Origin: Gammaproteobacteria bacterium
Lineage (GTDB): Bacteria > Pseudomonadota > Gammaproteobacteria > Nevskiales > Nevskiaceae
Assembly (NCBI GenBank): GCA_031384195.1
Contig: JANNAK010000036.1
Location: forward strand, 1 to 50,564
DNA length: 50,564 nt
Direction of reading: 5' to 3'
Shown here: positions 1 to 12,357 of the stretch, piece by piece
How positions within the stretch are numbered: position 1 is the first letter of the stretch
Layout of the letters: the number at the start of each line of letters is the position of its first letter
Notes under the pieces: model-generated
Told to the model about the DNA's origin: nothing
The model's input: only the letters and a program-made list of their open reading frames with translations
Databases searched by the model: none
Made by a program: the position numbers and the translations under genes

Positions 1-1772
<1,772 letters not shown>

Positions 1773-1797
1773 ACAAGGTTTCGGCTGGAAAGTGATA

Positions 1798-2491
1798 ATG
1801 GCGTCCATGAGTGTCTCCCCGGCCCCGCGCGAGCGGCTGATCGTTGCTCTCGACGTCCCCACGCCGTCGGCGGCACTGGGACTCGTGGAACGCCTCGGCG
1901 ACGCCGCCAGCTTCTACAAGATCGGCCTTGAGCTGTTTATGGCGCCAGGCTTTTTTGAGCTGCTCAAGGCGCTCAAGTCGGGCGGACACCGCGTGTTCGT
2001 TGACCTCAAGTTCTTCGACATTCCGGAAACCGTGGCGCGTGCCGTCGGCAATCTGTCCGAGCTGGGCGTTGATTTCTGCACCGTGCACGGCAACCAGTCG
2101 ATCATGGAGGCTGCCGCGAAAGCCCGATCCGGATCGCTCAAGGTGCTCGCCGTGACTGCGCTCACCAGCCTGGACCGCGGCGACCTCGACGACCTTGGCT
2201 TTCAGTGCGACGTCGGCGAGCTGGTGCTGTCGCGCGCGCGGCGCGCGCTGGCGGCCGGTTGCGATGGCGTGGTGTCGTCGGGACTTGAAGTTGCCCGCCT
2301 GAAGCAGGATGTCGGTTCAAAGCTGATTTGCGTAACCCCGGGAATCCGGCCGGTCGACAACCAGACCGAGTCTGACCAGAAGCGGGTGATGACGCCGGCC
2401 GCCGCGATGAAGGCGGGCGCCGACTATATTGTCGTGGGTCGCCCGATTCGTGACGCCGGGGATCCGAAGGCTGCCGCACAGGCGATCCAGA

Positions 2492-2517
<26 letters not shown>
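1798..2517 (+). CDS. pyrF: orotidine 5'-phosphate decarboxylase
   Basis: ORF 1375..2517 trimmed to ATG 1798 ([21 protein letters not shown]). [25 protein letters not shown] and VVGRPI blocks are typical of OMP decarboxylase. Confidence 0.85.
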
Positions 2518-3586
<1,069 letters not shown>

Positions 3587-3614
3587 AGTGTTGTCCAGGC
3601 TGCTGCCGCCGCGG

Positions 3615-4502
3615 ATGACTGCGGGACTGGCCTTTGCGCTCCTCAGTGTCTCGCCCGTGGTCGGCTTCCTGTGCCTGATGCCGTTCGCGATCGTGAAGCT
3701 GCTGGTGCCGGTTCCGGGGTGGAGCCGGTTCTGGGGGCGCTGGGTGGTCCGCGGGGCCTGGGTGTGGGTCCGTTTCAATCGCCTGATCCTGCGCGCGTTT
3801 TATCCGATGCAGGGGATCCTGCAGTTGCCGGAGAACCTGGACCCGTCCAAGAGCTACCTGTTGATCTGCAACCACCAGTCCTGGATCGATATCGTGCTGG
3901 TGGCGGAGCTGTTGCTGGGCCGGGCACCGTTTCCGCGCTTTTTCCTCAAGCACGAGCTGCTGTGGGTTCCCGCCATCGGGCTGGGTTGCTGGGCACTGGA
4001 CATGCCGTTCATGCACCGGCATTCCAAGGATGACATCCGGCGCAATCCGAATCTGAAGGGACAGGACCTGGTGACGACCCGAAAGCTTTGCGAGCGCTAC
4101 CGGGAGATCCCGGTGACCGTGGTCAATTTTGCTGAAGGCACCCGGTTCACTCTCGCCAAGCGAGCGGCCTTCGCGTCGCCCTACCGGCACCTGCTGCGCC
4201 CCAAATCGGCCGGACTTCGTGTGGCGCTTGATGCCATGGGCGAACAATTCGCCGGCATCCTCGACGTGACCATCGTCTACCAGCCCGGCGGCCGCGCCCC
4301 GATCTGGAGTTTCTTGCGCGGGGAGCACGCGCGACTGGCCGTGCATGCCGAATTGTTGCCGGTGCCGGCGAACTTGCTGGCGCGCGTCGACGACGACAGC
4401 CCGGAGCACCGCGCGCGATTCCAGTCGTGGGTGAACCAGCGCTGGGCGCTGAAGGACGCCCGAATCGAGAAACTTCTGGCAGGTGCTGCGACGTCCGGTT
4501 AG
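3615..4502 (+). CDS. lysophospholipid/glycerolipid acyltransferase (PlsC family, YihG-like)
   Basis: ATG 3615 (in-frame GTG 3588 also possible). N-terminal hydrophobic segment, HX4D motif in LICNHQSWIDIVLV, and the FAEGTRF block. Confidence 0.7.
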   Translation: MTAGLAFALLSVSPVVGFLCLMPFAIVKLLVPVPGWSRFWGRWVVRGAWVWVRFNRLILRAFYPMQGILQLPENLDPSKSYLLICNHQSWIDIVLVAELLLGRAPFPRFFLKHELLWVPAIGLGCWALDMPFMHRHSKDDIRRNPNLKGQDLVTTRKLCERYREIPVTVVNFAEGTRFTLAKRAAFASPYRHLLRPKSAGLRVALDAMGEQFAGILDVTIVYQPGGRAPIWSFLRGEHARLAVHAELLPVPANLLARVDDDSPEHRARFQSWVNQRWALKDARIEKLLAGAATSG

Positions 4503-4544
4503 GCCATCCGCCCGGGCGCAAGCCCGCGCAGCAGCCAAGTCCGT

Positions 4545-5399
4545 TCAGTCCGGGATGATGCTCGAGACCATCCGCACGCCGCCCTGGTTGCTGACCACCT
4601 TGGCACCGCTGACATTGCCCGGGGCGGCCGCCTCCTCCGGAGGCGCGGCCTGGGCCTTGGCCTTGCGGGCCGGCTGGGACGGTGCTGCCGCAGGTGCTGC
4701 TGCAGCAGCAGGGGCCGGCGGCGCGGCAGTCGATGTCCGCGAAGCTGGTGCGGCGGTTCCCGGTGCGCTGACCGTTTCCAGCATCGCCGCGCCCAACCAC
4801 TCGCGAAGCGCCGGAAGGTTCAGCATGGATTCCCTGTATTCCAGTTCCGGCCCGTCGAGGGGGACGGCATAGGAATGGAAGCGCAAGGCGACCGGGGCAA
4901 ACATGGCATCGACGATGCTGAACTTGCCGAACAACCAGTCGCCGGACTTGCCGTACTGCTCGCGGCAGCTGCGCCAGATCTGGCGGACGCGTGCGACGTC
5001 GGCTTCGGCCGCATCGCTGAGCGGGTGCGGTGCGGGCGGGCGGCGACAGTTCATCGGGAGTTCACTGCGCAAGTCGGTAAACCCGGAGTGCATCTCGCAG
5101 GCGAGCGAGCGCGCGTGGAAACGCTGGACGGTATCCGTTGGCCAGGCGCCCGGAAGCTTGAGGATCTCGGCGGCGTACTCGCAGATGGCCAGCGAGTCCC
5201 ACACTTTCTCCGGTCCGTTGATCAGCACCGGCACCTTGCCCGAGGGCGAGACGTCCAGGATTTTCTTGCGGGTCTCGGGAGTATTCAGCGCGATGCTGAC
5301 TTCCTTGAACGCAACGTTGTGGTACCGAAGCAGCAGCCACGGCCGAAGCGACCAGGAGGAGTAGGTCTTGCTGCCAATGACCAGCTTGAGATCAGGCAT
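4545..5399 (-). CDS. glutathione S-transferase family protein with an Ala/Pro-rich C-terminal extension
   Basis: ORF 4545..5483 trimmed to ATG 5399 (MPDLKLVIGSKTYSSWSLRPWLLL). Thioredoxin-like N-domain (SGKVPVL, DSLAICEY) followed by a helical GST C-domain. The last 76 aa are low complexity. Confidence 0.7.
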   Translation of the reverse strand: MPDLKLVIGSKTYSSWSLRPWLLLRYHNVAFKEVSIALNTPETRKKILDVSPSGKVPVLINGPEKVWDSLAICEYAAEILKLPGAWPTDTVQRFHARSLACEMHSGFTDLRSELPMNCRRPPAPHPLSDAAEADVARVRQIWRSCREQYGKSGDWLFGKFSIVDAMFAPVALRFHSYAVPLDGPELEYRESMLNLPALREWLGAAMLETVSAPGTAAPASRTSTAAPPAPAAAAAPAAAPSQPARKAKAQAAPPEEAAAPGNVSGAKVVSNQGGVRMVSSIIPD

Positions 5400-5516
5400 A
5401 TCGCACCGCACAAGAGTCCAAGCGCGATGCATGATACGCCATGTGCCATTGACCACGAAGAGCATGAACCCTGGCCCGGACAATCGGCGCCGACCACCGG
5501 ACGGAGGGTGTCGAAA

Positions 5517-7256
5517 GTGAATCTTTCGCCGCCTCGCGTCGCCCTGCTTCTGGTCGGGCTGTTGGCGGCCGGGCCGCTGCTGGCGGCCGGGTTCAAGGTC
5601 ACCGTCAGCGGACTGGGAGGCGAGGAGCGCGCCAACGTCGAGGCCCGGCTCGACATCCTGAAATACGCCGAATCAGGCGCTGACGACGAAACACAATTCC
5701 GGCGCCTTCACCGGCTGGCGCCCGATGACATACGCGCCGCCTTGCAGGCCTTCGGGTATTACCACCCCGGCGTCCGTTCGGCGCTTCAGGGCAAGGGCAA
5801 CAGCTTGCACGCCCGCTATACGGTCGAACGCGGCCCGCCGACACTGCTTGGCGATGTCCGGATCGAGCTCGCGGGGGACGGCGCCGAATTCCCGGAACTG
5901 TACCAACGGGTCGCCAGCCAACCCATGCGCAAGGGCGCGCGCCTGCGCCACGCCGACTACGAAAACTTCAAGACCGACCTGTTGCGCACGGCGTTCCAGC
6001 GCGGCTACCTGGATGCGGCCTACACCGCACACCAGTTGCGGGTCGACAAGTCGCAGCGGCGCGCCGATATCGAACTGGTGCTGGACACCGGCCCCCGCTA
6101 TTTTTTCGGCACGGTGGAGGTCGAGCAGGAAAAGCTCGACGAGGAATTCCTGCGGCGTTACATCTCGATCCGGGTCGGCGACCCGTTTTCACCGCAAAAA
6201 CTTCTGGATGTGCAGTTTGCCCTGTCCGATCTCGGCTACTTCGCCCAGGTGGATATCCGGCCGCAACGGGAGTCGCTGGAGCCCGGCAATCGCATCCCGG
6301 TCAAGATTGTGCTGACGACGCGCCCGCGCGGGCGCTACGAGCTTGGCGCTGGCTACGGGACCGATACCGGTCCGCGCGCCACGCTGGGCACCGAATTCCG
6401 GCGCCTGACCAGCACCGGCCACAAGTTGCGCACGGACCTGCGCGTTTCGGAAGTGAAGCAAAGCCTGGGCGCCGAATACCGTATCCCGCTGGGCACGGTG
6501 GCCAACGAGAACCTGGGATTCACCGGCGGCTACACCGACGAAAAATTCGACAACTCGAGCAGCTTCCGCTACGACATCGGCACCTACCTTGCCCGTACGC
6601 CGGGCGCCTGGCAGCGCCGCGTCTACCTTAACTACCGGCTGGAGCGCTCCTATCTCGGAACGGGAACGAACACTTCTTATCAATTGACTCCCGGCCTTTC
6701 ATTCTCGCGTGGCGAGTCGGATGATCCGATCCACGCGCGCCTGGGCTGGTACTTCTTTTTTGATGTCCACGGGGCCCACAACGCCGTACTGTCCGATAAT
6801 TCGTTTCTGCAGTTACGCAGCCAGATTCGCGCGGTGCTGCCGCTGGGTACGCGGGGCCGCTTGCTGTTTCGCACCGAACAGGGCGCAAGTTATGTCGATG
6901 AGTTCAGCGCGCTTCCGCTGTCCGAACGGTTTTTTGCCGGCGGCGACCAGAGCGTTCGCGGTTACTCCTACCGTTCGCTCGGGCCCCGCGACGTTGCCGG
7001 CACGGTGGTTGGCGGCAACTACCTGAGCACCTACAGCCTTGAGGCCGAGATGGCGCTGGCGGGTCATTGGGGCGCGGCGGCGTTTGCCGACGCGGGCAAT
7101 GCCGACGACAAGCCCGCCCCACATCTGTTTACCGGAATCGGGACCGGCATCCGTTACCGCGCGCCGGTCGGCACCCTGCAGCTGGATTTTGCCCATCCGC
7201 TCGAGGGAGACCGTCGCGGCGTGCGGCTGCATCTCGGCATCCGGGTCGGGCTGTGA
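5517..7256 (+). CDS. tamA: translocation and assembly module outer-membrane subunit TamA (Omp85/BamA family)
   Basis: ORF 4875..7256 trimmed to GTG 5517, 9 nt after GGAGG (5503-5507); GTG 5508 is the alternative. Signal peptide NLSPPRVALLLVGLLAAGPLLAA, POTRA-like N-terminal part, C-terminal beta-barrel with RFFAGGDQSVRGY. Followed by tamB with a GTGA overlap. Confidence 0.8.
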   Translation: MNLSPPRVALLLVGLLAAGPLLAAGFKVTVSGLGGEERANVEARLDILKYAESGADDETQFRRLHRLAPDDIRAALQAFGYYHPGVRSALQGKGNSLHARYTVERGPPTLLGDVRIELAGDGAEFPELYQRVASQPMRKGARLRHADYENFKTDLLRTAFQRGYLDAAYTAHQLRVDKSQRRADIELVLDTGPRYFFGTVEVEQEKLDEEFLRRYISIRVGDPFSPQKLLDVQFALSDLGYFAQVDIRPQRESLEPGNRIPVKIVLTTRPRGRYELGAGYGTDTGPRATLGTEFRRLTSTGHKLRTDLRVSEVKQSLGAEYRIPLGTVANENLGFTGGYTDEKFDNSSSFRYDIGTYLARTPGAWQRRVYLNYRLERSYLGTGTNTSYQLTPGLSFSRGESDDPIHARLGWYFFFDVHGAHNAVLSDNSFLQLRSQIRAVLPLGTRGRLLFRTEQGASYVDEFSALPLSERFFAGGDQSVRGYSYRSLGPRDVAGTVVGGNYLSTYSLEAEMALAGHWGAAAFADAGNADDKPAPHLFTGIGTGIRYRAPVGTLQLDFAHPLEGDRRGVRLHLGIRVGL

Positions 7257-10200
7257 AGCGTCTCCTGCTTTTGCTGCCGCCGGTCACCCTGGCGATGCTT
7301 GGCGGCTGGTTGCTTGCCACCGAGTCGGGCCTGCAAATCGCCGTCCACGCGGCACAGTCGTTGACCGACGGCCGCCTGCGAATGACGGGGGCCAGCGGAC
7401 GCCTGCTGGACGTGATCGGATTCGACGAAGTGGTCTACGACCACCCCGCCTCCACGGTCACGCTGCGTGACGTGCGCCTGAATCTGCGACTGTCGCGCTT
7501 GCTGCTGTCACGGGTCCAGGCCGAGTCGCTGAGCGCCTCTTCGCTGCAGGTTACGACCCATCTACGCGAGGTGCCGGCAAAGGGCGAGCCGGTCTCGGTG
7601 CGCATGCCACTGCGCATCGCGGTTGAGCGCGGCGATATCGGGCGCTTCGAGCTTTCCCTGCGGGACGGCGCCCGCCAATGGTCGCTATCGAAGCTGGAGT
7701 TCGCTGCGCGCTGGCGCGATGAATGGATCGTGATCGGCAAGGCCTCCGCCGTGACGCAAGAAGCCGGCGCGGTCGCGGTGCGCGGGCGCGTGGCCATCGT
7801 CGAGGACCGCCTGTTGCTGGACGGTGTGCAAATCGAGGGGCCGGCGGAATTCCAGGCCTCCGGCGCGTTGGCAATCACCGATGCTGCGGTCAACGAACTG
7901 GAGCTCAAGTGGCAAGTGCTGGACTGGTCCGGACTTCGCCCGCTAAGGAGCGAATCCGGGCGGGCGCGGCTTGACGGTCGTTGGCCCGCCTACGGCTGGA
8001 CGCTTAACGCAAACGTCGATGCGGCGGACATCCAGGGCAAGCTCGTCGCCAGCGGTCGCGGCAGCCTCGATCGACTGGATGTGCAGCGCCTGCAGCTGGC
8101 GCTGCTCGGCGGCGAGGTTCGCGGCAAGGGTCAGGTTGCCTGGTCGGACGGATTGCGGACGACCGCGACATTACAGCTTGACCGGATCAACCCGGGCCAG
8201 CGGTTTGAGCAATGGCCGGGGATCATTTCCGGCGCGGCAAATTTCTCCGGCGACTGGCATGGCGCCGTTCCAGACCTGAAATTCGATGCGCAGCTGCGCG
8301 ATTCGCAGCTGCGCGGCTACCCCCTGACGCTGGCGGTCCGCGGTACCACCGACCAGCGGCGCGTCATCCTCCAGGAACTGACCCTGGACTCCGGTCCGAG
8401 CCGGCTGCGGGCGCAGGGCCGCCTGCTGCCCGAACTCGATCTGACCGGAGATCTGGCGAGCCCCGACCTGCAGTCATTGCTCGCCGGTCTCTCCGGCAGC
8501 GTCGCGCTGAAGTTCGGGTTGAAGGGCGACCCGTTTGCGCCGCGGCTTTCAACCCGAGGCAGCGGGGCGAATCTGGCGTTCAAGCTTGCCTCCGGATTGG
8601 CCTTGCGCGCGGCACAGGCCAGTTGGTCAGCCAGCCTGTCCGAGTCCGAGGCTTCTGATTTACAGGTCGAATTGAAGGACGCGGAGCTGGGATTGCCGCT
8701 CGACCGGGTTCAGCTCGAGGGCCGGGGAACCGTGCTTCGGCACCGGCTGCGGCTGGAGGCCACCGCCGCGTCGGGATCCGCCAGCCTCAACGTTGACGGG
8801 GGCTTCCAGCGCGCGGCCTGGTGGGGGCAGGTGGCCGACGCCGACCTCCAGCCCGTCGGCGAGTCGTCGTGGCACCAGCAGCTCGACAGCAACGTGAAAG
8901 TGGCGCTGCCGGATTGGTCCATGGAATTGCTGTGCCTGCAGCGCGGGGCATCGCGGGTTTGTGCCGAGGGGCAGGCCACAGCAACAGGATTGCGTGGTGC
9001 TGCCGAAGTGGTGGACTTTGATTTTGAAAACCTTCGCCACTGGCTGCCCGGTGAGTGGACGCTGGCCGGAAAGCTGGACGGAACCGCATCGGTTCGCGTT
9101 CGCGGTAGCGAGGTCATCGACCTGCGCGCAAACCTGGCGGCCACGGCCGGATATCTGGATGCTGCCGGCGTGCATCTGGAATTTGGTCCCAGCTCGGTGG
9201 GCCTGGAACCAGAGGGTGATCGGCTGCATGCCCACTTGCGCCTGCAGCCGGCGGGCGGTTTGATTGAGGGCGATGTCTGGCTGGAGCCCGGGGCATTGCT
9301 GCTGGACCGGCCGCTGTCGGGCCATCTGCAGGCAAGCTTGCCCGACCTGTCGTGGTTGCCGGTGCTGTCCACCGAGATCTCCAGCGCCAGCGGCGCGCTG
9401 GAGTCGCAGCTGACGCTGTCAGGAACGCCGCGCAGTCCCGCGCTTCAGGGCAGGCTGGCAATCGCCCAGGCGCGTGTGCAGCTGGCGACGCCCGGGATTG
9501 AGCTCACCGACATCACCGCCGTGTTTGAAAGCGGACAGCAGTTACCCCTTTCAATCTCGGTTGGCGCGAAGTCGGGCGGCGGCACCCTGAAACTGGAAGG
9601 GGGTATCGAAAGGTTGCGCCCGACCCTGGTGGGGAAATTCACACTGACCGGGGAGAATGCGCAGTGGGCCAATACGCCCGACATCCGCGCCTGGGTGTCG
9701 CCAAACCTGGAGCTGGTCCTGGCCGGACCGGATTCAAGGCTGACCGGTGAAATTCGCGTGCCGCGGGCAGCCATCACCCCGCGCGATTTGTCCTCCGGCG
9801 GTGTCGGCCCGTCCGGGGACCAGGTCCTGGTCGAGTCCGACGTGGCGACGTCCGGCCGTGCCCTGCGACTCGAAAGCCAGGTGCGCATCGAGCTCGGCGA
9901 CCAGGTCCGTTTTGATGGGCTGGGCCTCAAGACTCGGCTGGAAGGCGCCATCGACGCCAATGACAAGCCGGGCCGGCTGACGCGCGGCTTCGGTGAACTG
10001 CGCCTGGTCGGCGGTCGCTACAAGGCCTACGGACAGGACCTGACGATTGAGACCGGACGCCTGCTGTTCAACGGTGGCCCGGTTTCGGAACCGGGCATTG
10101 AGCTGTCGGCCTACCGCCAGCCGGATGAAGCGATTCGTGTCGGCCTGCGCGCCCGTGGGCCCCTGAGTGCGCCGAGCTTCAGCCTCTACTCGGATCCGGC

Positions 10201-10582
10201 CATGACGCAGGAAGAGCAGCTCTCGTGGCTGGTTCTGGGACGCCCGCTGACCGAAACCCTGCAAAGCGGCCAGCGCCCGGAACTCGACAGCGCGGCGACG
10301 TCGCTGGGTTTTGCCGGCGGCGAGTACCTCGCGCAGCAGCTGGCACCCAAGGTCGGGCTGGACGAAGTGTCGGTTGGCGCGCGGCCCGGCGAAACCGCTG
10401 AGCAGGCCCGGCTGACCATCGGCAAGTACCTGTCGCCCCGTTTGTTCGTGAGCTACGGCTTTGCCCTGTTCCAGCCGGGGCAGTTCGTGCGCCTGCAGTA
10501 CGAATTGGGGCGCGGCTTCAAACTCCGCGGCGAGTCCGGCGTCGAGCAGGGCGGCGACCTGATCTACACCTTCGAGCGCTGA
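7253..10582 (+). CDS. tamB: translocation and assembly module inner-membrane subunit TamB (DUF490)
   Basis: ORF 7067..10582 trimmed to GTG 7253, which overlaps the tamA TGA (7254-7256). N-terminal anchor KRLLLLLPPVTLAMLGGWLLA, about 1100 aa of beta-rich repeats, and a DUF490-like C-terminus (LTIGKYLSPRLFVSYG...LQYELGRGFKLRGESG). Confidence 0.8.
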   Translation: MKRLLLLLPPVTLAMLGGWLLATESGLQIAVHAAQSLTDGRLRMTGASGRLLDVIGFDEVVYDHPASTVTLRDVRLNLRLSRLLLSRVQAESLSASSLQVTTHLREVPAKGEPVSVRMPLRIAVERGDIGRFELSLRDGARQWSLSKLEFAARWRDEWIVIGKASAVTQEAGAVAVRGRVAIVEDRLLLDGVQIEGPAEFQASGALAITDAAVNELELKWQVLDWSGLRPLRSESGRARLDGRWPAYGWTLNANVDAADIQGKLVASGRGSLDRLDVQRLQLALLGGEVRGKGQVAWSDGLRTTATLQLDRINPGQRFEQWPGIISGAANFSGDWHGAVPDLKFDAQLRDSQLRGYPLTLAVRGTTDQRRVILQELTLDSGPSRLRAQGRLLPELDLTGDLASPDLQSLLAGLSGSVALKFGLKGDPFAPRLSTRGSGANLAFKLASGLALRAAQASWSASLSESEASDLQVELKDAELGLPLDRVQLEGRGTVLRHRLRLEATAASGSASLNVDGGFQRAAWWGQVADADLQPVGESSWHQQLDSNVKVALPDWSMELLCLQRGASRVCAEGQATATGLRGAAEVVDFDFENLRHWLPGEWTLAGKLDGTASVRVRGSEVIDLRANLAATAGYLDAAGVHLEFGPSSVGLEPEGDRLHAHLRLQPAGGLIEGDVWLEPGALLLDRPLSGHLQASLPDLSWLPVLSTEISSASGALESQLTLSGTPRSPALQGRLAIAQARVQLATPGIELTDITAVFESGQQLPLSISVGAKSGGGTLKLEGGIERLRPTLVGKFTLTGENAQWANTPDIRAWVSPNLELVLAGPDSRLTGEIRVPRAAITPRDLSSGGVGPSGDQVLVESDVATSGRALRLESQVRIELGDQVRFDGLGLKTRLEGAIDANDKPGRLTRGFGELRLVGGRYKAYGQDLTIETGRLLFNGGPVSEPGIELSAYRQPDEAIRVGLRARGPLSAPSFSLYSDPAMTQEEQLSWLVLGRPLTETLQSGQRPELDSAATSLGFAGGEYLAQQLAPKVGLDEVSVGARPGETAEQARLTIGKYLSPRLFVSYGFALFQPGQFVRLQYELGRGFKLRGESGVEQGGDLIYTFER

Positions 10583-11061
10583 GCCACGCGCCGCATGCGG
10601 GTGAGAATCGGGCGCAGGACAAAATAAGCGGCCACTGCAAGCGGCCCGGCGAACAACAGCCAGGCCACGATGCCGTATACCCCCACCATTCCGTAGTCGA
10701 CCAGGAACTGCAGCGGGCCGGCCGAGAAGCGCTGCAGTAATTCGGTGACCGAGAAAATCGGTACGTGCGGCTGGCCAAACAGGGTCTCGCCGGCGCGATA
10801 GAACGGCAGCAGCAGCAGAATTTGCAGCGGGTAGACCAGGAAATTCACCATCTGGATCAGCGGCTGGTTCAGCCGCAACCAGATGCCGGCAGCGGCGCAC
10901 AAGGCGGTGCTGGTGCCGAGGATCGGGACAATTCCGAGGATGCCGCCCAGCGCAAGGGTCAGCGCGATTTTTTCCGGCGTGATTCCCTGTCGCAGCTGCG
11001 CCAGGATCGGCGCCACCACCCGCCGCTGCCAGATCGACTCAGCGTCCCCGGGATCCTTCAC
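10564..11061 (-). CDS. DUF2062 domain-containing membrane protein
   Basis: 165-aa ORF with three or four TM segments and a GILGIVPILGTSTALCAAAG...LNQPLIQMVNFLVYPLQ block typical of DUF2062. Its ATG overlaps the tesA stop (ATGA at 11058-11061). Its 3' end overlaps the tamB 3' end by 19 nt, convergently. Confidence 0.55.
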   Translation of the reverse strand: MKDPGDAESIWQRRVVAPILAQLRQGITPEKIALTLALGGILGIVPILGTSTALCAAAGIWLRLNQPLIQMVNFLVYPLQILLLLPFYRAGETLFGQPHVPIFSVTELLQRFSAGPLQFLVDYGMVGVYGIVAWLLFAGPLAVAAYFVLRPILTRMRRVAQRSKV

Positions 11062-11678
11062 GGCGTTGACCTGGCCTTGCCCAGCAGCGATTCGATCACC
11101 GGCCAGGCCAGCTCCAGCATCCCGGGCTGCGCCGCTGCCGTGGGATGGATTCCGTCGTCCTGGAACAGGTTGCCAGCCGCCGTCTGCGCCAGGAAGAAAG
11201 GCACGTGTCGTGCGCGCTGTTCGCGTGCGACGAGGAAAAAGCTGTCCTGGAATTGCCGGGCGTAGCTTGCGCCGTAATTGGGGGGGATCTGCATTTCAAA
11301 CACCGCAACCTCGGCGCCGGCCTTGCGACCCAGCTTCACCATGGCGGCCAGGTTCTTCCGCAATTCCCGGATCGGCAGCCCGCGCAGGCCGTCGTTGCCA
11401 CCCAGTTCAATCAGCAGGGCCTGGGGGCGATGCTGCTGCAGTGCCGAAGGCAGCCGGGCGAGGCCACCGGCGGTGGTTTCGCCGGAAACGCTTCCGTTGA
11501 CCACCCGGTGCAGATACCCTTGTTGCACCAGCCGCAGTTGCAGCAGCCGCACCCAGCCGGATTCCACCGGAATGCCGTAGGCAGCTGACACGCTGTCTCC
11601 CATGACCAGCACCACGGGCGCGGCAGCCAGGCCGCAGGCGGCGAACAGGACCAACAGCAGGAAACCGAGAATCCGCAT
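11058..11678 (-). CDS. tesA: SGNH/GDSL arylesterase - acyl-CoA thioesterase I / lysophospholipase L1
   Basis: ORF 11058..12062 trimmed to ATG 11678 (MRILGFLLLVLFAACGLAAAPVVLVMGDSVSAAYG). Signal peptide, GDS nucleophile block, GGNDGLRG block and a C-terminal D..HP block. Divergent from ybbA, as in E. coli. Confidence 0.8.
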   Translation of the reverse strand: MRILGFLLLVLFAACGLAAAPVVLVMGDSVSAAYGIPVESGWVRLLQLRLVQQGYLHRVVNGSVSGETTAGGLARLPSALQQHRPQALLIELGGNDGLRGLPIRELRKNLAAMVKLGRKAGAEVAVFEMQIPPNYGASYARQFQDSFFLVAREQRARHVPFFLAQTAAGNLFQDDGIHPTAAAQPGMLELAWPVIESLLGKARSTP

Positions 11679-12357
11679 GAGTGATGCCGTCGTTGCGCGC
11701 GAAGTCCGAAAGGACATTGGCAGTATAAATGGCGATGACGCCACGCCCTTGCACATCCTGCGCGGGGTGAACCTGTACGTTGCCGCCGGCGAAACGGTTG
11801 CCATCGTCGGCGCTTCCGGCTCCGGCAAGACCACGTTGCTGTCCTTGCTGGCCGGGCTCGATTCCCCCACCGCCGGTGAAATCCACCTGGCCGGGACGCG
11901 AATCGACACGCTCGACGAGGACCAGCGGGCGCGGGCGCGGGCCGGCACCGTCGGATTTGTGTTCCAGTCGTTCCAGTTGCTGGGCGGATTTACCGCGCTG
12001 GAAAACGTGATGCTGCCTGCCGAGCTGGCCAACCAGGCAGATGCCCAATCCCGCGCCCGCACCGCCCTGGGGCAGGTAGGCCTGTCGGAACGCCTGCATC
12101 ACTACCCGCACCAATTGTCCGGCGGCGAGCAACAACGCGTCGCGATTGCCCGGGCCTTTGCCGCCCAGCCCCGGATCCTGTTCGCCGACGAACCCACCGG
12201 AAACCTGGACACCACCACCGGTGCGCGCATCATTGACCTGTTGTTCGGCCTGAACGCGCAAAGCGGCGCGACGCTGATCCTGGTCACCCACGACGAAGCA
12301 CTGGCGGCCCGCTGCAATCGGGTACTGACCTTGCGTGACGGGCAACTGGATGGGTAG
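11677..12357 (+). CDS. ybbA: ABC transporter ATP-binding protein (YbbA/LolD-like)
   Basis: ORF 11602..12357 trimmed to ATG 11677 (MSDAVVAREVRK). Walker A GASGSGKTT, signature LSGGEQQRVAIARA, Walker B ILFADEPTGNLD. Confidence 0.8.
   Translation: MSDAVVAREVRKDIGSINGDDATPLHILRGVNLYVAAGETVAIVGASGSGKTTLLSLLAGLDSPTAGEIHLAGTRIDTLDEDQRARARAGTVGFVFQSFQLLGGFTALENVMLPAELANQADAQSRARTALGQVGLSERLHHYPHQLSGGEQQRVAIARAFAAQPRILFADEPTGNLDTTTGARIIDLLFGLNAQSGATLILVTHDEALAARCNRVLTLRDGQLDG

Noticed and set aside
10564-10582. 19-nt convergent overlap of the tamB and DUF2062 gene 3' ends
   Set aside because: Short convergent overlaps are common in compact high-GC genomes, and both reading frames are independently supported.
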